From the NCBI GenBank assembly GCA_012295275.1, contig CM022672.1:22754001-22818000 (forward strand): DNA of 64,000 bases. Direction: 5' to 3'. The number at the start of each line of letters is the position of its first letter. The first letter of the stretch is position 1. The position numbers and the translations under genes are program-made. This stretch comes from Chrysomallon squamiferum. Lineage: Eukaryota > Animalia > Mollusca. Shown here in pieces: positions 51,339 to 64,000 of the stretch. The notes under the pieces were generated by a model that was given only the letters and a program-made list of their open reading frames with translations, did not search any database and had not been told where the DNA came from.

Positions 51339-54300
51339 ATGGATCAAAGCCATTTCGAAAATGATAGAACAAAAAATTGTATTGTTGAATGTGATGTACC
51401 CGAAAAAGCTAGAAGTAAACCGTGTTGCCTTGGTATAGATGAAGCAGGAAGGGGGCCAGTTTTAGGTGAGTAACTCAGTTGTAGAAACTAAGATTCTAAT
51501 TTTGAAAAATATAAAGTTCTAACTTTGTTTATAATTATAATTAAAATCATTCAAAGCAACTAATAAATTAGGTTTTGTTCAGTTTTCTCCAAATGTTTTT
51601 ATACAAACGGTTCAATAGACAGTTTAAATTAGCATGTTAAATTATTAATTTACGATATCAGGATATCCGATATGCCATAGCTGTGGAATTTAATTCGTAA
51701 AATGAATAAAATGTTAATCATCTTCACAAAAAAACGTCAAAATAATTATGTTGCATCCAATTTCTTAAGATTACAATAGATGCATTAAAGAACAAAAGTA
51801 CTTATTTATTTAAACTGATATTCAATATAGCTTTTATAAGTGTTACATATAGTGTACAGCCACTGTACTATATGATATAGAGTTTTTCATTTTTTTAAAC
51901 CAGGACCACTTGTCTATGGTATTTGTTACTGCCCAGTTGAAAACAATGAACTGTTGAAGGAAATGGGATTAGCAGGTTTGCACAAATTTAATTCTCTTTA
52001 TGAATGAATATATAGCTAGCTCATTTGAGCTTTAAAATACAGTATAAACATTAACATGTATTAAAGTTTAAAAGCAACTCAGCATTTATTCTTTTGTCAG
52101 AAATATAATTTGTAATTTTTAAAAAGTTTTCAGATGGTATTAATGTAAATAAAAATAGATTTTTGTATCTTTTTCAGATTCCAAAACATTGTCCGAAGAA
52201 CAGAGAGAATCAATGTTTGAGAAAATCTGTGCAGCTCGGGATGAAGTAGGGTGGATAGTTGAAATTATCTCCCCTACAGTGATCTCCAACAGTATGCTGC
52301 AGCGAACAAAATACAATCTTAACTATATGTCACATGATTCAGCTATTGGACTGATTCAGCGAGTAATAGACAAAGGTGTCAATGTTAAAGAAGTAAACTG
52401 ATTATGAATTTTTCCCATACTGCTTATGTAATAATTGAATTTTTTAAAATACTACATTTAATTTTTTATTTTATTATATTTTATTTTTTAAGTAGTACAA
52501 TCCTAAACACTGAAATCAATTTTTCACATGGATTTTGTTTTATTATTTATTTAACATTTAAATTTTTCTGGAGCTTATTTTTAATAATAACAAAAGAAAT
52601 ATATGTGGTGCAGATTATTATTATTCTTCTTATTATTATTAACAAAATATAAAATTATCTTACATTTATGTAATGGCTGTAAAACATTCACTCAGCCCAT
52701 GATACTCAAAACTGTTAATCTCTCTGAAAACAGTCCCCAAAAATATAAAAAAATAACCCAGCATTTAATAGAATCATTTTTTATGTAAGCTGCATTAATT
52801 TATTATAATTATTTCACACAAAACTTTATTCCAGGTTTATGTTGATACAGTGGGACCACCTGAAACATACCAGGCAAAACTGAAAGGCCTTTTTCCAAAT
52901 CTTGAAATAACTGTAGCTAAAAAAGCTGATGCTACCTATCCTATTGTCAGTGGAGCTAGTATTTGTGCAAAGGTGAGTTTTGATTTGCATTCAGTTGTGT
53001 TTATTTGAAACATTTTTCGTCAGCAGACAAACTTGGACATAATTAGTAAATTACTGGTCATTATATTATTGTTGTCAAGGAGATCTTTAACTACTGTGTG
53101 AAAATTGGACTTTAAATGCTTATTCAGATGATTTTTTTTAACATTTTTTTTTATTTCTATTAAGCATTGAAAACTTTTGTTTTTCAAAATTTATAATTAT
53201 ATTTAAATAATCTTTTAACATGGTTAGATTAACAACCAGTATTTTTTCAAATGTTTTCAGATTGCCAGGGATAAGGCAATAAAGTGTTGGGAGTTTGCAG
53301 AAGGAATCAATACAGAATCACTTGACTATGGCTCAGGATACACAAGTGGTATGATTACAAATGAGTGTGTCTGTGTGTTCATGTGTCAGTTAAATTTAAC
53401 TACTAAAAACAGGAAGACAATATAAAAATTATGTTTTAAAAAAAAAAAGGAAATAAGAAAATAAGAAAACAATTTAAAATGTTTAAAATTGTTTGCTATT
53501 ACCAGGTATATTCAAACTACAATAATATTATCCATACATGTCCCAATAAGAGGTTACTTGATAATTTTTTTTTTTTTTTTTCTTCTTAACCAATAACTAT
53601 CAGCAAATGTATATACATTGTTTTTGGATATAAAAAAATTAGAAAAAGTGATACCATTAATAATGTTACAGCATTGAAATCTGTTTTTGTATGACAAATA
53701 ACTTTTAATTTTAGATCCCAAAACAAAGGCATTTCTTCAGACAAGAATGGACAAAGTATTTGGTTTTCCTCAGTTTGTCAGATTTAGCTGGTCTACTGCT
53801 GCAGTAATTCTGGAAAAAGAGGCTGTGCCCATATGCTGGTTAGTTTATTTATTTTTTTATTTTTTTTAATTAGTTAGTTATTAATTTCTAATATATTATT
53901 TAAAAAAAGGATAATAATAATATTGATTATATAACAATAAGATGAAACTTGGCAATCAGTTTCAATTTTAATTAACTATTTTTGACATTTACCAACATGT
54001 ATATGCACAGGAATGTGAATAACACAGCCTGCAATGTATCAGCTGTGTGTGGCAACAGCTGTACTGAATCGAACTGAACTAGTGATCCCTTCATCTTAAG
54101 TATAACAGACATTTATATTATTTAAGATACATATTCATTACTGTTTTTATAAAAATCTAGAATATCATTATAATGTAATTATAGATCCAGTTATTTTTTG
54201 ATTATCAGCTGTTTCTAATATAAATTCTTTTTTTTTTCTTTTCTTTTTTGACAATCCATTACTAAAATTAAAGATGGGGAAAAAACATTACTGGAGAAAT

Positions 54301-54534
54301 TCAGTCTGTTTGTCAACTTTTTTAAAAACTAATGCTAAGCATGTTACTGCCCAAAATAAAGCACAAAAATAATTAAATTTATAATTTCATTTTAGGGATG
54401 ATGATGGTGATGATGACAAAGATCAAAGTGGAAGTGCTTCCATTTATTTTTTCTTCTCCAAAAACAATGAGAGTTCAATTCAGAAACACAAGTTTTTCAC
54501 TGACCGATGTTTATCTCAAGTAACTGCATTGTAA
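51339..54534 (+). CDS. RNASEH2A: Ribonuclease H2 subunit A
   Basis: Exons 51339-51465, 51904-51975, 52178-52392, 52835-52972, 53261-53348, 53715-53838, 54396-54534. Motifs [54 protein letters not shown]. Confidence 0.96.
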
Positions 54535-55202
54535 TGTCTGAAGTGAACCTTGTTCTAAATGTTTTGTAAAGAATAACTTCACATTGTTATATTTTGTGAC
54601 CAATTCTTTTAATAACAGGATCAATCATGGATGATATTCTCTCTTGATGTGTAACTGTGCTGATTATGTTTGTGTGTGATTGGTTGATTTCTAGAAGTGT
54701 TTATTCATATTATATAACATACAAATGTCTGGATTGAGGGTTATTTCAAGTCTTCCTCTGCCATTGTAACCTCAGATCTTTTTCTTGGATTGTCATCACA
54801 GTCACAAGGTTAACCAGCAATGGACAGGAAAGAAAATGAACTGGCTACACTGTTGTGATTAGTAACATTTCATTAACAATTACAGCTCTGTTTATACCAA
54901 ATTCAAAGCTACATCAAAACTGTGGAGTAAGCAATATTTGGCAGCATCTATGCTACATCCTATGAACAGAGACAATGACTGACAATTGTGAAATGCATGT
55001 ACACATGACTAAATCAACTGAATTTGCTACGTGTAATCACTGAGCAAGAAATTCACCAAGGGATGCTTTGTTAGCACATCTGCTAGATGTCATCAAAGAT
55101 CAAAACCTCTGTGTGTATCATTTGTGAGCATAAATAAAATTGTCCATGTTTTTTGTTTCAGAACATCATACCTGCAGTGAATTATTTTTTCATACTACAT
55201 AC

Positions 55203-55466
55203 AGGATGTAGCCCTGAGTTAGAGCATCTGCTTGAGATTTTGGTGGGTCATCGGATGAATTTCTTTTGGTCGAATTACTGACCAGTTTCTTATTTCAAGC
55301 AGTTGTCCATAGTTGGTATAACAAAGGATGTGGTTTCTTAGGCTGGAATTAGGGGTAGCCCACGAATTGTGGCAGCATGTTTTCTCTATGTGGTCCCTAA
55401 TGGTATGTTCAATGCCATATCATTCTAAATAAATAATGTGAAGTGCATCATTAAATAAATCATTTT
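55203..55466 (+). mobile_element. Degraded tRNA-derived SINE
   Basis: A-box-like head GGATGTAGCCCTGAGTTAGAGCA, body with TGGTATAACAAAGG..GTGGT and GTAGCCCACGAA, tail GCCATAT..AAATAA..GTGCATCATTAAATAAA. Resembles a gastropod SINE family recalled from memory, not database-checked. Confidence 0.55.
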
Positions 55467-57758
55467 CAAACCATGTGTCATTTATCTGTTCGAATTCTCT
55501 TCATTACTTGTTGTTATTTTTATATTCTTTGGACAACTACATTTAACTTAAAATAAAACAAGAAAACAATTGATGTTTAACATATATCTTTTTTTAATAC
55601 TGCAAATGATATATCTACATGACATGGAGAGTAATCACAAATAATGTAGTTTTTATAGTAAAGAGTTAACAATGATGTTATACAAAAGTTGACAATTCAT
55701 CAAGTCTGAATTGTATTGCAACAGGTTCATTAAGTCTGGCTCTCATAATGAATAAATAAAATTATTTTTGCTGTAACATTTAACTGAAAGAAAGATGAAT
55801 GAGTGAAGAGTATAATTTAATTCTACTGTGAAAATGAATGTCACAAATTTCATGAAATAAATGTTGCAGCACAAATGTACAAATTATGTTCTTTAAAAAA
55901 ATACGTGGAGAAAAAATAAGTAAATGCATAGGACATCATACGTAAAAATTACACCCAAAAACATGTGGCAAGAACATATAAATTATTTATTTATAAAATT
56001 AAAATATTTTGAACATCAACCTAAGGCCTCAAGCATCCCTTTTATCACAAATGGAATGTCCTGAAATCTCTGGTGGCCTTAGTCAAACAAAATTGTATGT
56101 CACAAAACCACCCTATCACACAATTTGTATTAAAATTTTATGGCAGTGCTGATTTAAAATTTAATTAAAACAGGACTTTTTTTCTTTGATTGCTGTGGAT
56201 TTGTCAAAAATTATCAAGACCACGACTTTTATTAGTAAAATGGAAACTTTAGACAATCAAATCGTTTAAGTAATTTAACATTAAACTTGAAGATAATTTT
56301 CTTAAGAAATAAGGTCTGGACTAAAGTGCTGTAAATTCCAGGTAAGCAAAACTATATTTTTACACTATGGCATCTGACATTAACAATTACAAAATGTGTA
56401 ATATAATTTGACAAAATGTATAAATATACAGTCTTAAAGAATAATCATATTTAAATGGACAGACAAACCCATTTCCCAAATTATTATCACACTAAAGACA
56501 AAAACCTGAAAATGACCTGCACAGAAAACACAAACAGGTGATTAAACTATTTCCAGCACCTGATACAGTAACTTGTTTTCAATTTTATACATAATAAAAA
56601 AAAAAAAAAAAAACGTGCTGCTGCAATTGATAAGTGAGAACCAGACCATTTGAACCATGTAAGAATTTATTCATGTGGTAAGAGAAAAAAAAAAACATTT
56701 ATTAAAAATATTACTAAAAAATACTGACAACAGTTTCAACAACAAAAGGACTGTATTGCCAGTTAATAGTAATAACCTTAACCATGTGGTAATTCAGCTG
56801 GCAGATATTTACAATTAAAGCTTAGTTGTGGTGGGATTTGAAGAATTAAGAATAATAATTAAAAAAAACATTTAACACTTACACCAAAGCAACAAACATT
56901 TTTGATTTTATTTTAATATTACTTGGAACTTACAAATCCTGTACAGAGAGATATTGAGAGAAAAAAAGACAGCAACCAAGTGAACAGTCACTAATAAATA
57001 ATTTAATATTGAATTTTATTTCACATGTATGACAAATTAATTGTAAATGACTCCATCTAAAAAAAAACCCAATTTCTCCTTTAACAGAAAACATGTTTAG
57101 AAACATGCTTCTACACAAAACTGGCACAACAGAAAAAAAAAAGTTTGATAACCAGCACATGATGCAAGCACCATAGACAAAATTGTGACAGTTTTCTAAA
57201 TTCTCTAAATTAGCTGTGAACAATAAGGAGAAAATTTAAACAGCATTCATCCAGGAAATACAAAATCTGAAGTAGCTGTTGTCTAAAAATTTCATTTATT
57301 TTCCCCCATAAGATTTATATTTAATTAGCACAACACTGGCCCTCAAGAAGTCTAATTATCTTTTCCAATAATGAAAAAATTATATTACCAATATACCATT
57401 AAACAAAACAAAAAAAATTAATAATTCAGCAATTGGCTAGTTAGGCTACTGACAAGGTGAGCCCCAATCCAACAATGAAAGACGATCCAAAATGGAAGGA
57501 TATCACACGAGTCATGGTCCACATTTGATTCTGGCTTAACAATGACCTATCAACAAAGGTTAGCCCACAGGGATCTCCCCGCTAAACCAGCATTCTCCTC
57601 TAGCCAGAACAAGCAACTTCTAAAGCACAAGTGAAGCCAGCCTGTGCACCAATGAGACATTCACACGCCATTTAAAAATTGTAACAGATACTTCCAAAAA
57701 GGCAATGAAAATGTTGACAGAATTTGCAAGCTTTGGGCCTTGATAATGTTCCAGCTTA

Positions 57759-58279
57759 TCATTTGGACACATATGTGTAAGTCCTAGATGGTGACCTGCT
57801 TGTTCCTTCGGGCACAGGAACGTTGAGGAAGTCCCAGATGAGAATTGTGTCATCGTGTGAACTACTCACAATTTGGAATTCATCAAACTGAAGGCGGAAA
57901 ACACGACCAGAATGTTCCTACAAAAATAATATTTTTATTACAATTAAGTAAATGTATTTAAACATTAAGACAATGTAAAAAATGAAAAAGAATTAACAGC
58001 AAGAATTAATATACAAGCTTTAGTTAAAACTGTTTGGTTTAAATGAAGGATACCTTATTAATATAAAGAAGAAAACAGAAGTGTATACTCACAACTAATG
58101 TGCGGAGACAGAGAGTACCAGCAGGAGCTCGTGGGTCCAGTGCTTGCTGAAGATCCCACACTTTAATTTTCCTGAAATATTCAGTAACCATGAAATCATA
58201 TTTTAATCTCTACAAACCAAAATAAGCTACTTTCTATTACATTCTCAAATACAGTATTTATGATGGCAAAAGTAAATAG

Positions 58280-58338
<59 letters not shown>

Positions 58339-61300
58339 CCATAGCTATATAAATGAAATAGGTTACTCAATACAGGCTCAAAGCAGAAGCTTTAACTGTT
58401 AAAACTTACCCGTCATATGCACCACTAACAATTCGTTTGCCATCCACTCTGATGCATCTTACGAGCTCTTCGTGTCCTTCCAGAACACGTAGACAGGCTC
58501 CATACTCAATATCCCACAATCTAAAAAGAAAAGTAGAAATATTTTCTCTAACGTATCTAGCAACAAGAAAATAGGGCAACCACCATTATTTATTAACAAC
58601 AAAATAACAGATGTTAACTATGTATATAAAATTCAAATATTAATAATAAAGAAAAACAATGGATATATTACATGACTGCTGTAAAAACATCTAACACTGG
58701 GGCTGGTTTTAGAATTAATTATAAAAAATGTTTAAACTTTTGCTTAGTAGTTTATATTAACTGATAAAAGGAATAAACTAGATTTTAAAAAAATACAAAA
58801 CATAAATTAAAAGTTCTTGAATAAAATTTGGATTGTAAGCTAATTGATTCAATTTGAAAATGAATATATATTTAATGGCCCATCAACAATTTACTATCCC
58901 TAATTTTCCTATTTGTTAACTATACTTAAAAAGGAGATAAAATTTTAAGTAAAAGCACTGACCTGATTGTGTTATCTGAACTGCCACTTACAACAAGGCG
59001 GTCTCGGTACTGTAAACAGGCAATACCACGCTTGTGACCATTCAGTGTCCGCACAAACTCACAGGTTGACGTATTCCAAACCTACAGAGAATTATACAAC
59101 AATGCAAAAGTTCCAGAAACAAAATAAAGATTTAGGATTATTGATCATGCGTTCACAACAGTCCTTTCAATGTAGCCACACCATCTATAAACTGAGAAAT
59201 TAGAAACAGAAAAACTAAATATTTAAAAATACTGAAAAGGTTCAGCTGCTGCCATCAAGAAAAGATTTTGTTTTATTTATTTATTTATTCAAACCAAAAT
59301 ACAGCAAATTCAAATTCACCACACTTTCAGCACTTTCGTGAGATATTTACTCACTTTCTTAAAAGTGAAGATAAACAGCTATTTTTATTAGTAAATGCAT
59401 AATAATGCAGACTATAAAAACAATACATGTACTAAAAAAAAGTAAGCTACGATGTTAATATTACCTTTATTGTTCGATCCCCTGATGCAGAAACAATATA
59501 TTTGTCATCAAAATCAACCACATTTACTGCAGCCCTGTGCCCAACCAACACTCTGCGAAGATTGATTTCAGTTGATGACTGCATATCCCATACAGCAATG
59601 GACCGATCCTATAAATTAAAAAAATTGATTGGACAATTTTAATTAAACAAATCCTGTCCCGGAACCCATCCCTGGCGATCCCAGAGATCGGATCCGTGAT
59701 AGGCGTGCCTGAACCTTGAATTGGATGTGGGCACGTAAAAAGAGTTTTCCATCCATCCAATTAAACAAAATTTGTAAAGGAACCATCGTGCTGAATATTT
59801 AAAAAAAAATTAAATTAAAAAATATAAAAAAATAATAAAATAAAATATTGTACATTGGATTTTAAACAAGACTAATTTCATATCCATACCTTAAAAATGT
59901 AAAATGCTTTAAAATTTCTGAAATGAATATAAATGTAACAAACCTTTGAGCATGTGACCATAATTCCATCACTGAAGCGAAGGTGAAGTACAGCTTCACA
60001 GTGGTGAATAAGAGTGTTAAGCATTTCACCAGTTTTTACATCCCACACTCTGAAACAATTTGATTGGACAAAAATTAAAGAAATACATTTTTTTAATAAA
60101 AGATTTTGATAAATGGTACAAGAAATTATCTAATTTTAAAAAGTAAATACTATGTAGTGATGATGTGGAAAAGAAATTCTAGGATTTAAAAACTAATGAA
60201 AAAAATAAAAATCAGTTCTGAAAAATTGGATTATAACTATCTAATACTGATTATTGCAGAAGTAAATAAAAGAATGAAGAAAAGATTAAACAAAAAAATT
60301 TAAGACTTTATAAAAAGTACCTGACAGTAGAGTCACTGGATCCAGAGATGATGATGTTTTCATCGTACTGAAGGCACAAAACTGAGCCAGTATGTCCAGT
60401 GAGAACCTGCACACATTCCAATGTGTTTCTATCCCAGATCTGTGAGACCAAACAAAAATCACACTTAACACATACTTTGTAATATTCAAGACTATTCAGT
60501 TACCCTCATTTATTTGATCGTCTCAATAATGACATTTGTTAATGTGCACAATGTTATTTTTTCAAAAACAGCATTTTTTTTTTTTTTTTTTTTTTTTTAA
60601 TGGATTGAACTTATTAATTCTGTTGGTTAGTTAAGAAAACTGAAAAAATGTTAGTTCTGGATACTTCATGCTGAAGGTAATGTTGATAATTTTATTTGAT
60701 AAGAATACTGTAAGCATTAATCATTCTTATAGGGAATTCTGAATAAATTCAACTGAATAGAGTTTCGTATTAAAACTATTTTCAGCACTAATTAAAGAAA
60801 AATAGCATTATTCTATATGAATTTATTTTTAGATCTGTCATAATTTAAATCATTTATAACAGCTGCCAAAACTGGATCATAGATTTTTATAAAAACTATG
60901 TTTCTAACTAAGAACATTTTAATCTTTACACTCAAATTAGATGTAAATCGTATTCCTATAGGAAGAATAAATTGAAGATGAAAGGATAGTAAATTTAATG
61001 AAAACAAAAACTTACATATACCTTTATAGTGTTGTCACGTAGCCCACTAATAATCTTATGGTCATCATACTGAAGGCAATATACTCCTTTGCTGGTTTCA
61101 CTGCGACAGTGGATACGTTGTAATGTATGGCGACCTGTTCGCCAATTATTTTCTATTCTCTACAATGGACAGATTTTCTTTTTGTTTTGTTTCACATAAT
61201 AATTTAATGTCCCATTATTTAGATAAAAAAATGTATTCATAAACCAATAAAAAAACAAAGGTAACACCTCTTACATGAAAGAAAAATGCCTCTCTACCAC

Positions 61301-62902
61301 AGTACACAGATTTGATCTGTGATTCATGAAGCAACATTGAAAATGCAAACAGTCCTCTGGGTTTCTTATAATATTCTGTACCTTTCAAAAAGAATCTATA
61401 CATTTTTGTTCATTAACATTATTACCTGTGTATTTTACAAATTTAATTTCTTTGTAAGGTACAACTAGTAAACTAAACAATAGTAGTTTAAAATGAAAAA
61501 AAAGACGTTTATCATCTTTACCTCAATATCTTGAATAATTTGTGGGTACAGTGCTCTGTAAAATTTGTGATCTTTGGGTGGTTCTCCTGGTTTGGGTTTA
61601 AAAAGAAACTGACACCTGCAACACAAACAGTTAATACTTAATAGTTACTCTGTAAACTAACCAAGAAAAAAAACATGAACAAATTTAGAATACTTTTTGT
61701 TTATTATTAACCAGAAGTGTTTGATTTTTTCTATTTGTTTAGTACATTTCTTTCTTTACCAAGTCACATTACAAAATACTTTCATCGGATAAAAGAAACA
61801 AACTTGTTTAAAAGATGAACAATAAACAGCCTGACAAAACATACCAGCCTCTGCGATCTGCTAAACCCTTCCATAAAGTGTCTGTTAAAACTTTTCTTTC
61901 TATTAGTTTTTTCCACAGATTTCCTTCAGAAATTACTCTGTACCATTCCTTGCAAACCAGCTCTGCTGCACACAATGATTTAGCATCTAGATATGCCAAA
62001 ATATTTTCTGCCATGTGGTCCAATCCTTTAGCTGCAATTACAAATACAAATATTACTATAATTTCCAAGTTATTATTTCTAGGTCAGTTTAAAAATCTGT
62101 TTATATATTAGTATTGTTATATTTCACATGTACATTTTAAACTATTAAAACAAATGTTTATGTCACTTCAGCTTTATGTATCACAAAAAGTCAACGTTAC
62201 TACATGTAGGTTAACAAATAAATATCTATCCTATAATTATCTAAAAATGTAATCTCCAGTAAACCTTTTCATATAACATTTGACTTCATACACATAGGAT
62301 AATTCAACAAATTACCAGATTTATATATTTATGAAGAATTATAGGGTCCTAACAAAACAACATTAGAAAATTTTGTACTTTCTATCAGTTAATCTACTAC
62401 AAAATGAAATTTATTTGTAATAATTGTCTGGACAGTGAGGTAAAATAAAGAAAAAGAAATTAATTAAACAAACAACCAAAATACCAACTCACAATACACC
62501 ATCAAAAATAAAGGAAAGGTTATGTCAACTGTTTTTTTTTGTTTTTTTGGGGTGGCTGGTTAAATTATGAATATGTTTGTACTCAAACCATGATATGTGA
62601 TGAAAGAAATTAAACAATTCTGTAGCAAACACTGCTACTGTCATTGTTAAACAGATTAACAGGCTGGACGTACCGGGAAGTGCAGAAATAAAATCCCTCT
62701 GTAACATAGGCCTGAGAAAAGCATTAATCTGTCCATGCTGATAATGACACATATGGGATAATAAATGTTCAACAAATTCAATTTGTTCATATTCAGTCCA
62801 TTTTTCAAAGTACTCAGTACATGATGACTTCTCATCTTCAAATAAAGGTGAAGGCTGCTGTTCTTTCTTCGTCATACTTCTTACAACAGCAGCACTTTCA
62901 GC
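57759..62902 (-). CDS. BTRC: beta-TrCP F-box/WD40 protein (BTRC/FBXW11/slimb orthologue); first coding exon uncertain
   Basis: Minus-strand exons 62674-62902 (D domain: [30 protein letters not shown]), 61845-62031 (F-box), 61522-61615, 61022-61159, 60321-60439, 59944-60049, 59465-59608, 58963-59081, 58410-58520, 58093-58171, 57759-57917 (..[23 protein letters not shown]). Confidence 0.96.
58282..58336. repeat. (TG)n microsatellite in a beta-TrCP intron
   Basis: Direct inspection. Confidence 0.95.
59641..59769 (+). mobile_element. 5'-truncated retroposon (SINE/LINE 3' end) with 11-bp target-site duplication
   Basis: GC/CpG-rich 107-bp insert (59652-59758) flanked by AATTAAACAAA at 59641-59651 and 59759-59769. 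Stem-loop CGTGCC...GGCACG and a (CCAT)n tail. Confidence 0.8.
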
Positions 62903-63612
62903 CTAAAGCATAAAAATAAAAAAATAAAAAAATAGAAAATTATTTCACATATTCAGTTCATCTAATATGAAATATAATGTATTCTCGGATATACTGCATA
63001 ACTGTTTTGCCAAGGAGATTAAAATAGTTAACCAAAGTATATCATCCTAAGTATAAACATGTGTTATTCAGACAAATGGACTTACTTATTAGTAATATTT
63101 TTGTTAAAGCTAGAAAATTTTTATATTTTACTGTATTTAACACTACAGCACACAACATTAAAACAAAAATCAAAGATCTTCAAAAGTTTGTTTAAAACAG
63201 ATTAGAACATTTGTAAATAGTGTTAATTTAATGAATTGAAAGATTGTTTCTCAAACAGATTCAATTAATAAATGGGAACATGTTTATAGATACTAGTTAT
63301 AACATTAGAAATGAACAATGGTACTAATACAATTATTTTCAGAAATCATTTTAAAAATGTAACTGAAAAATAAAAAGATAAAAAGTATTACTTTAGTCAT
63401 TTCATTCCCCAGTCTCTATTTAACATTTATCAAACATTTTAAATTGTTGTAAAATGTTTTAAAAGTCATAACTCAGAGGCAATAAACCACACTACTAACA
63501 GTGTAACTTTATAAACACTTTTTGAAATAATAATAATAGCAATAATAATAAATTATTAATTTACTACTACATCCTTTTACAAGGTTTATATTTTAAAAGT
63601 CCATTTACTTAC

Positions 63613-63648
63613 TAAATCTTCCAAATATTGTAACACAAGTTTCTGCAT
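63613..63648 (-). CDS. BTRC: Candidate first (or alternative first) coding exon of beta-TrCP, MQKLVLQYLEDL
   Basis: ATG at 63648-63646, 12 codons, then a consensus GTAAGT donor in phase 0 matching the next exon (62902). An acceptor-like TTTACAG lies at ~63700. No homology support. Confidence 0.4.
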
Positions 63649-64000
63649 TTTATTTAAACCTATCATAATTAATATATTTTCAATTCAGAGAGCTGTCACC
63701 TGTAAACCATAAATACATTAATTTGTTTTTCTACTAGTTAAAGTTAATGCTGACATGTACATTCACAGCAGAAAACAGACATAGCCAACTGTGTACAGGA
63801 TATAAGCGTAGGGATGACATTAGCAGTTTAATATTAATATCAATTAAGATAAAAACAAACCAAAAATTACAAAAAACTTTAATAAGAATTGTTTAGTAAC
63901 CATGATTACTAAACACTCAAGTGTATCACACTGTATTTCTATTTTTATGACTTGATTATGAAACTAATAAGCTCTCAAGCTGTGGTTCGCTAGAACATAT

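Noticed and set aside
55203-55280. tRNA gene
   Set aside because: Only an A-box-like head with no cloverleaf; it continues into a SINE-like body.
57759-62902. Functional NF-kappaB-pathway cluster of beta-TrCP with the IAPs
   Set aside because: Separated by three unrelated housekeeping genes; linkage is more simply explained by ancestral synteny and there is no evidence of co-regulation.

Overview
AT-rich, intron-containing animal genomic DNA; gene content and repeat types point to a lophotrochozoan, probably a gastropod mollusc (inference). The left 27 kb is a tandem cluster of four same-strand inhibitor-of-apoptosis (IAP/BIRC) genes. IAP-A (975-1724) encodes BIR-BIR with a displaced UBA. 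IAP-B (8262-9200) encodes BIR-BIR-UBA with no RING. A and B sit in a ~7 kb tandem segmental duplication. IAP-C (16127-17749) and IAP-D (25011-26573) are two-exon BIR-BIR-UBA-RING genes. The right part holds four conserved multi-exon genes, reconstructed by hand with phase-consistent GT-AG introns: NSMCE4A (+), a TACC gene with a 4.7 kb repeat-rich exon and one probable homopolymer frameshift error (+), RNASEH2A (+), and beta-TrCP (BTRC/FBXW11, -; 5' end uncertain). There are also transposon relics (hAT ends, an integrase fragment between inverted repeats, SINE/LINE pieces), minisatellites and microsatellites. The best candidate for a new system is the pair of RING-less IAPs, whose N-termini carry an effector-caspase-like activation site (IETD/SVAV, IQTD/SVAV), clustered with kappaB-site-associated E3-type IAPs. 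This is a hypothesis from motifs only. No CRISPR, rRNA or genuine tRNA genes were seen.
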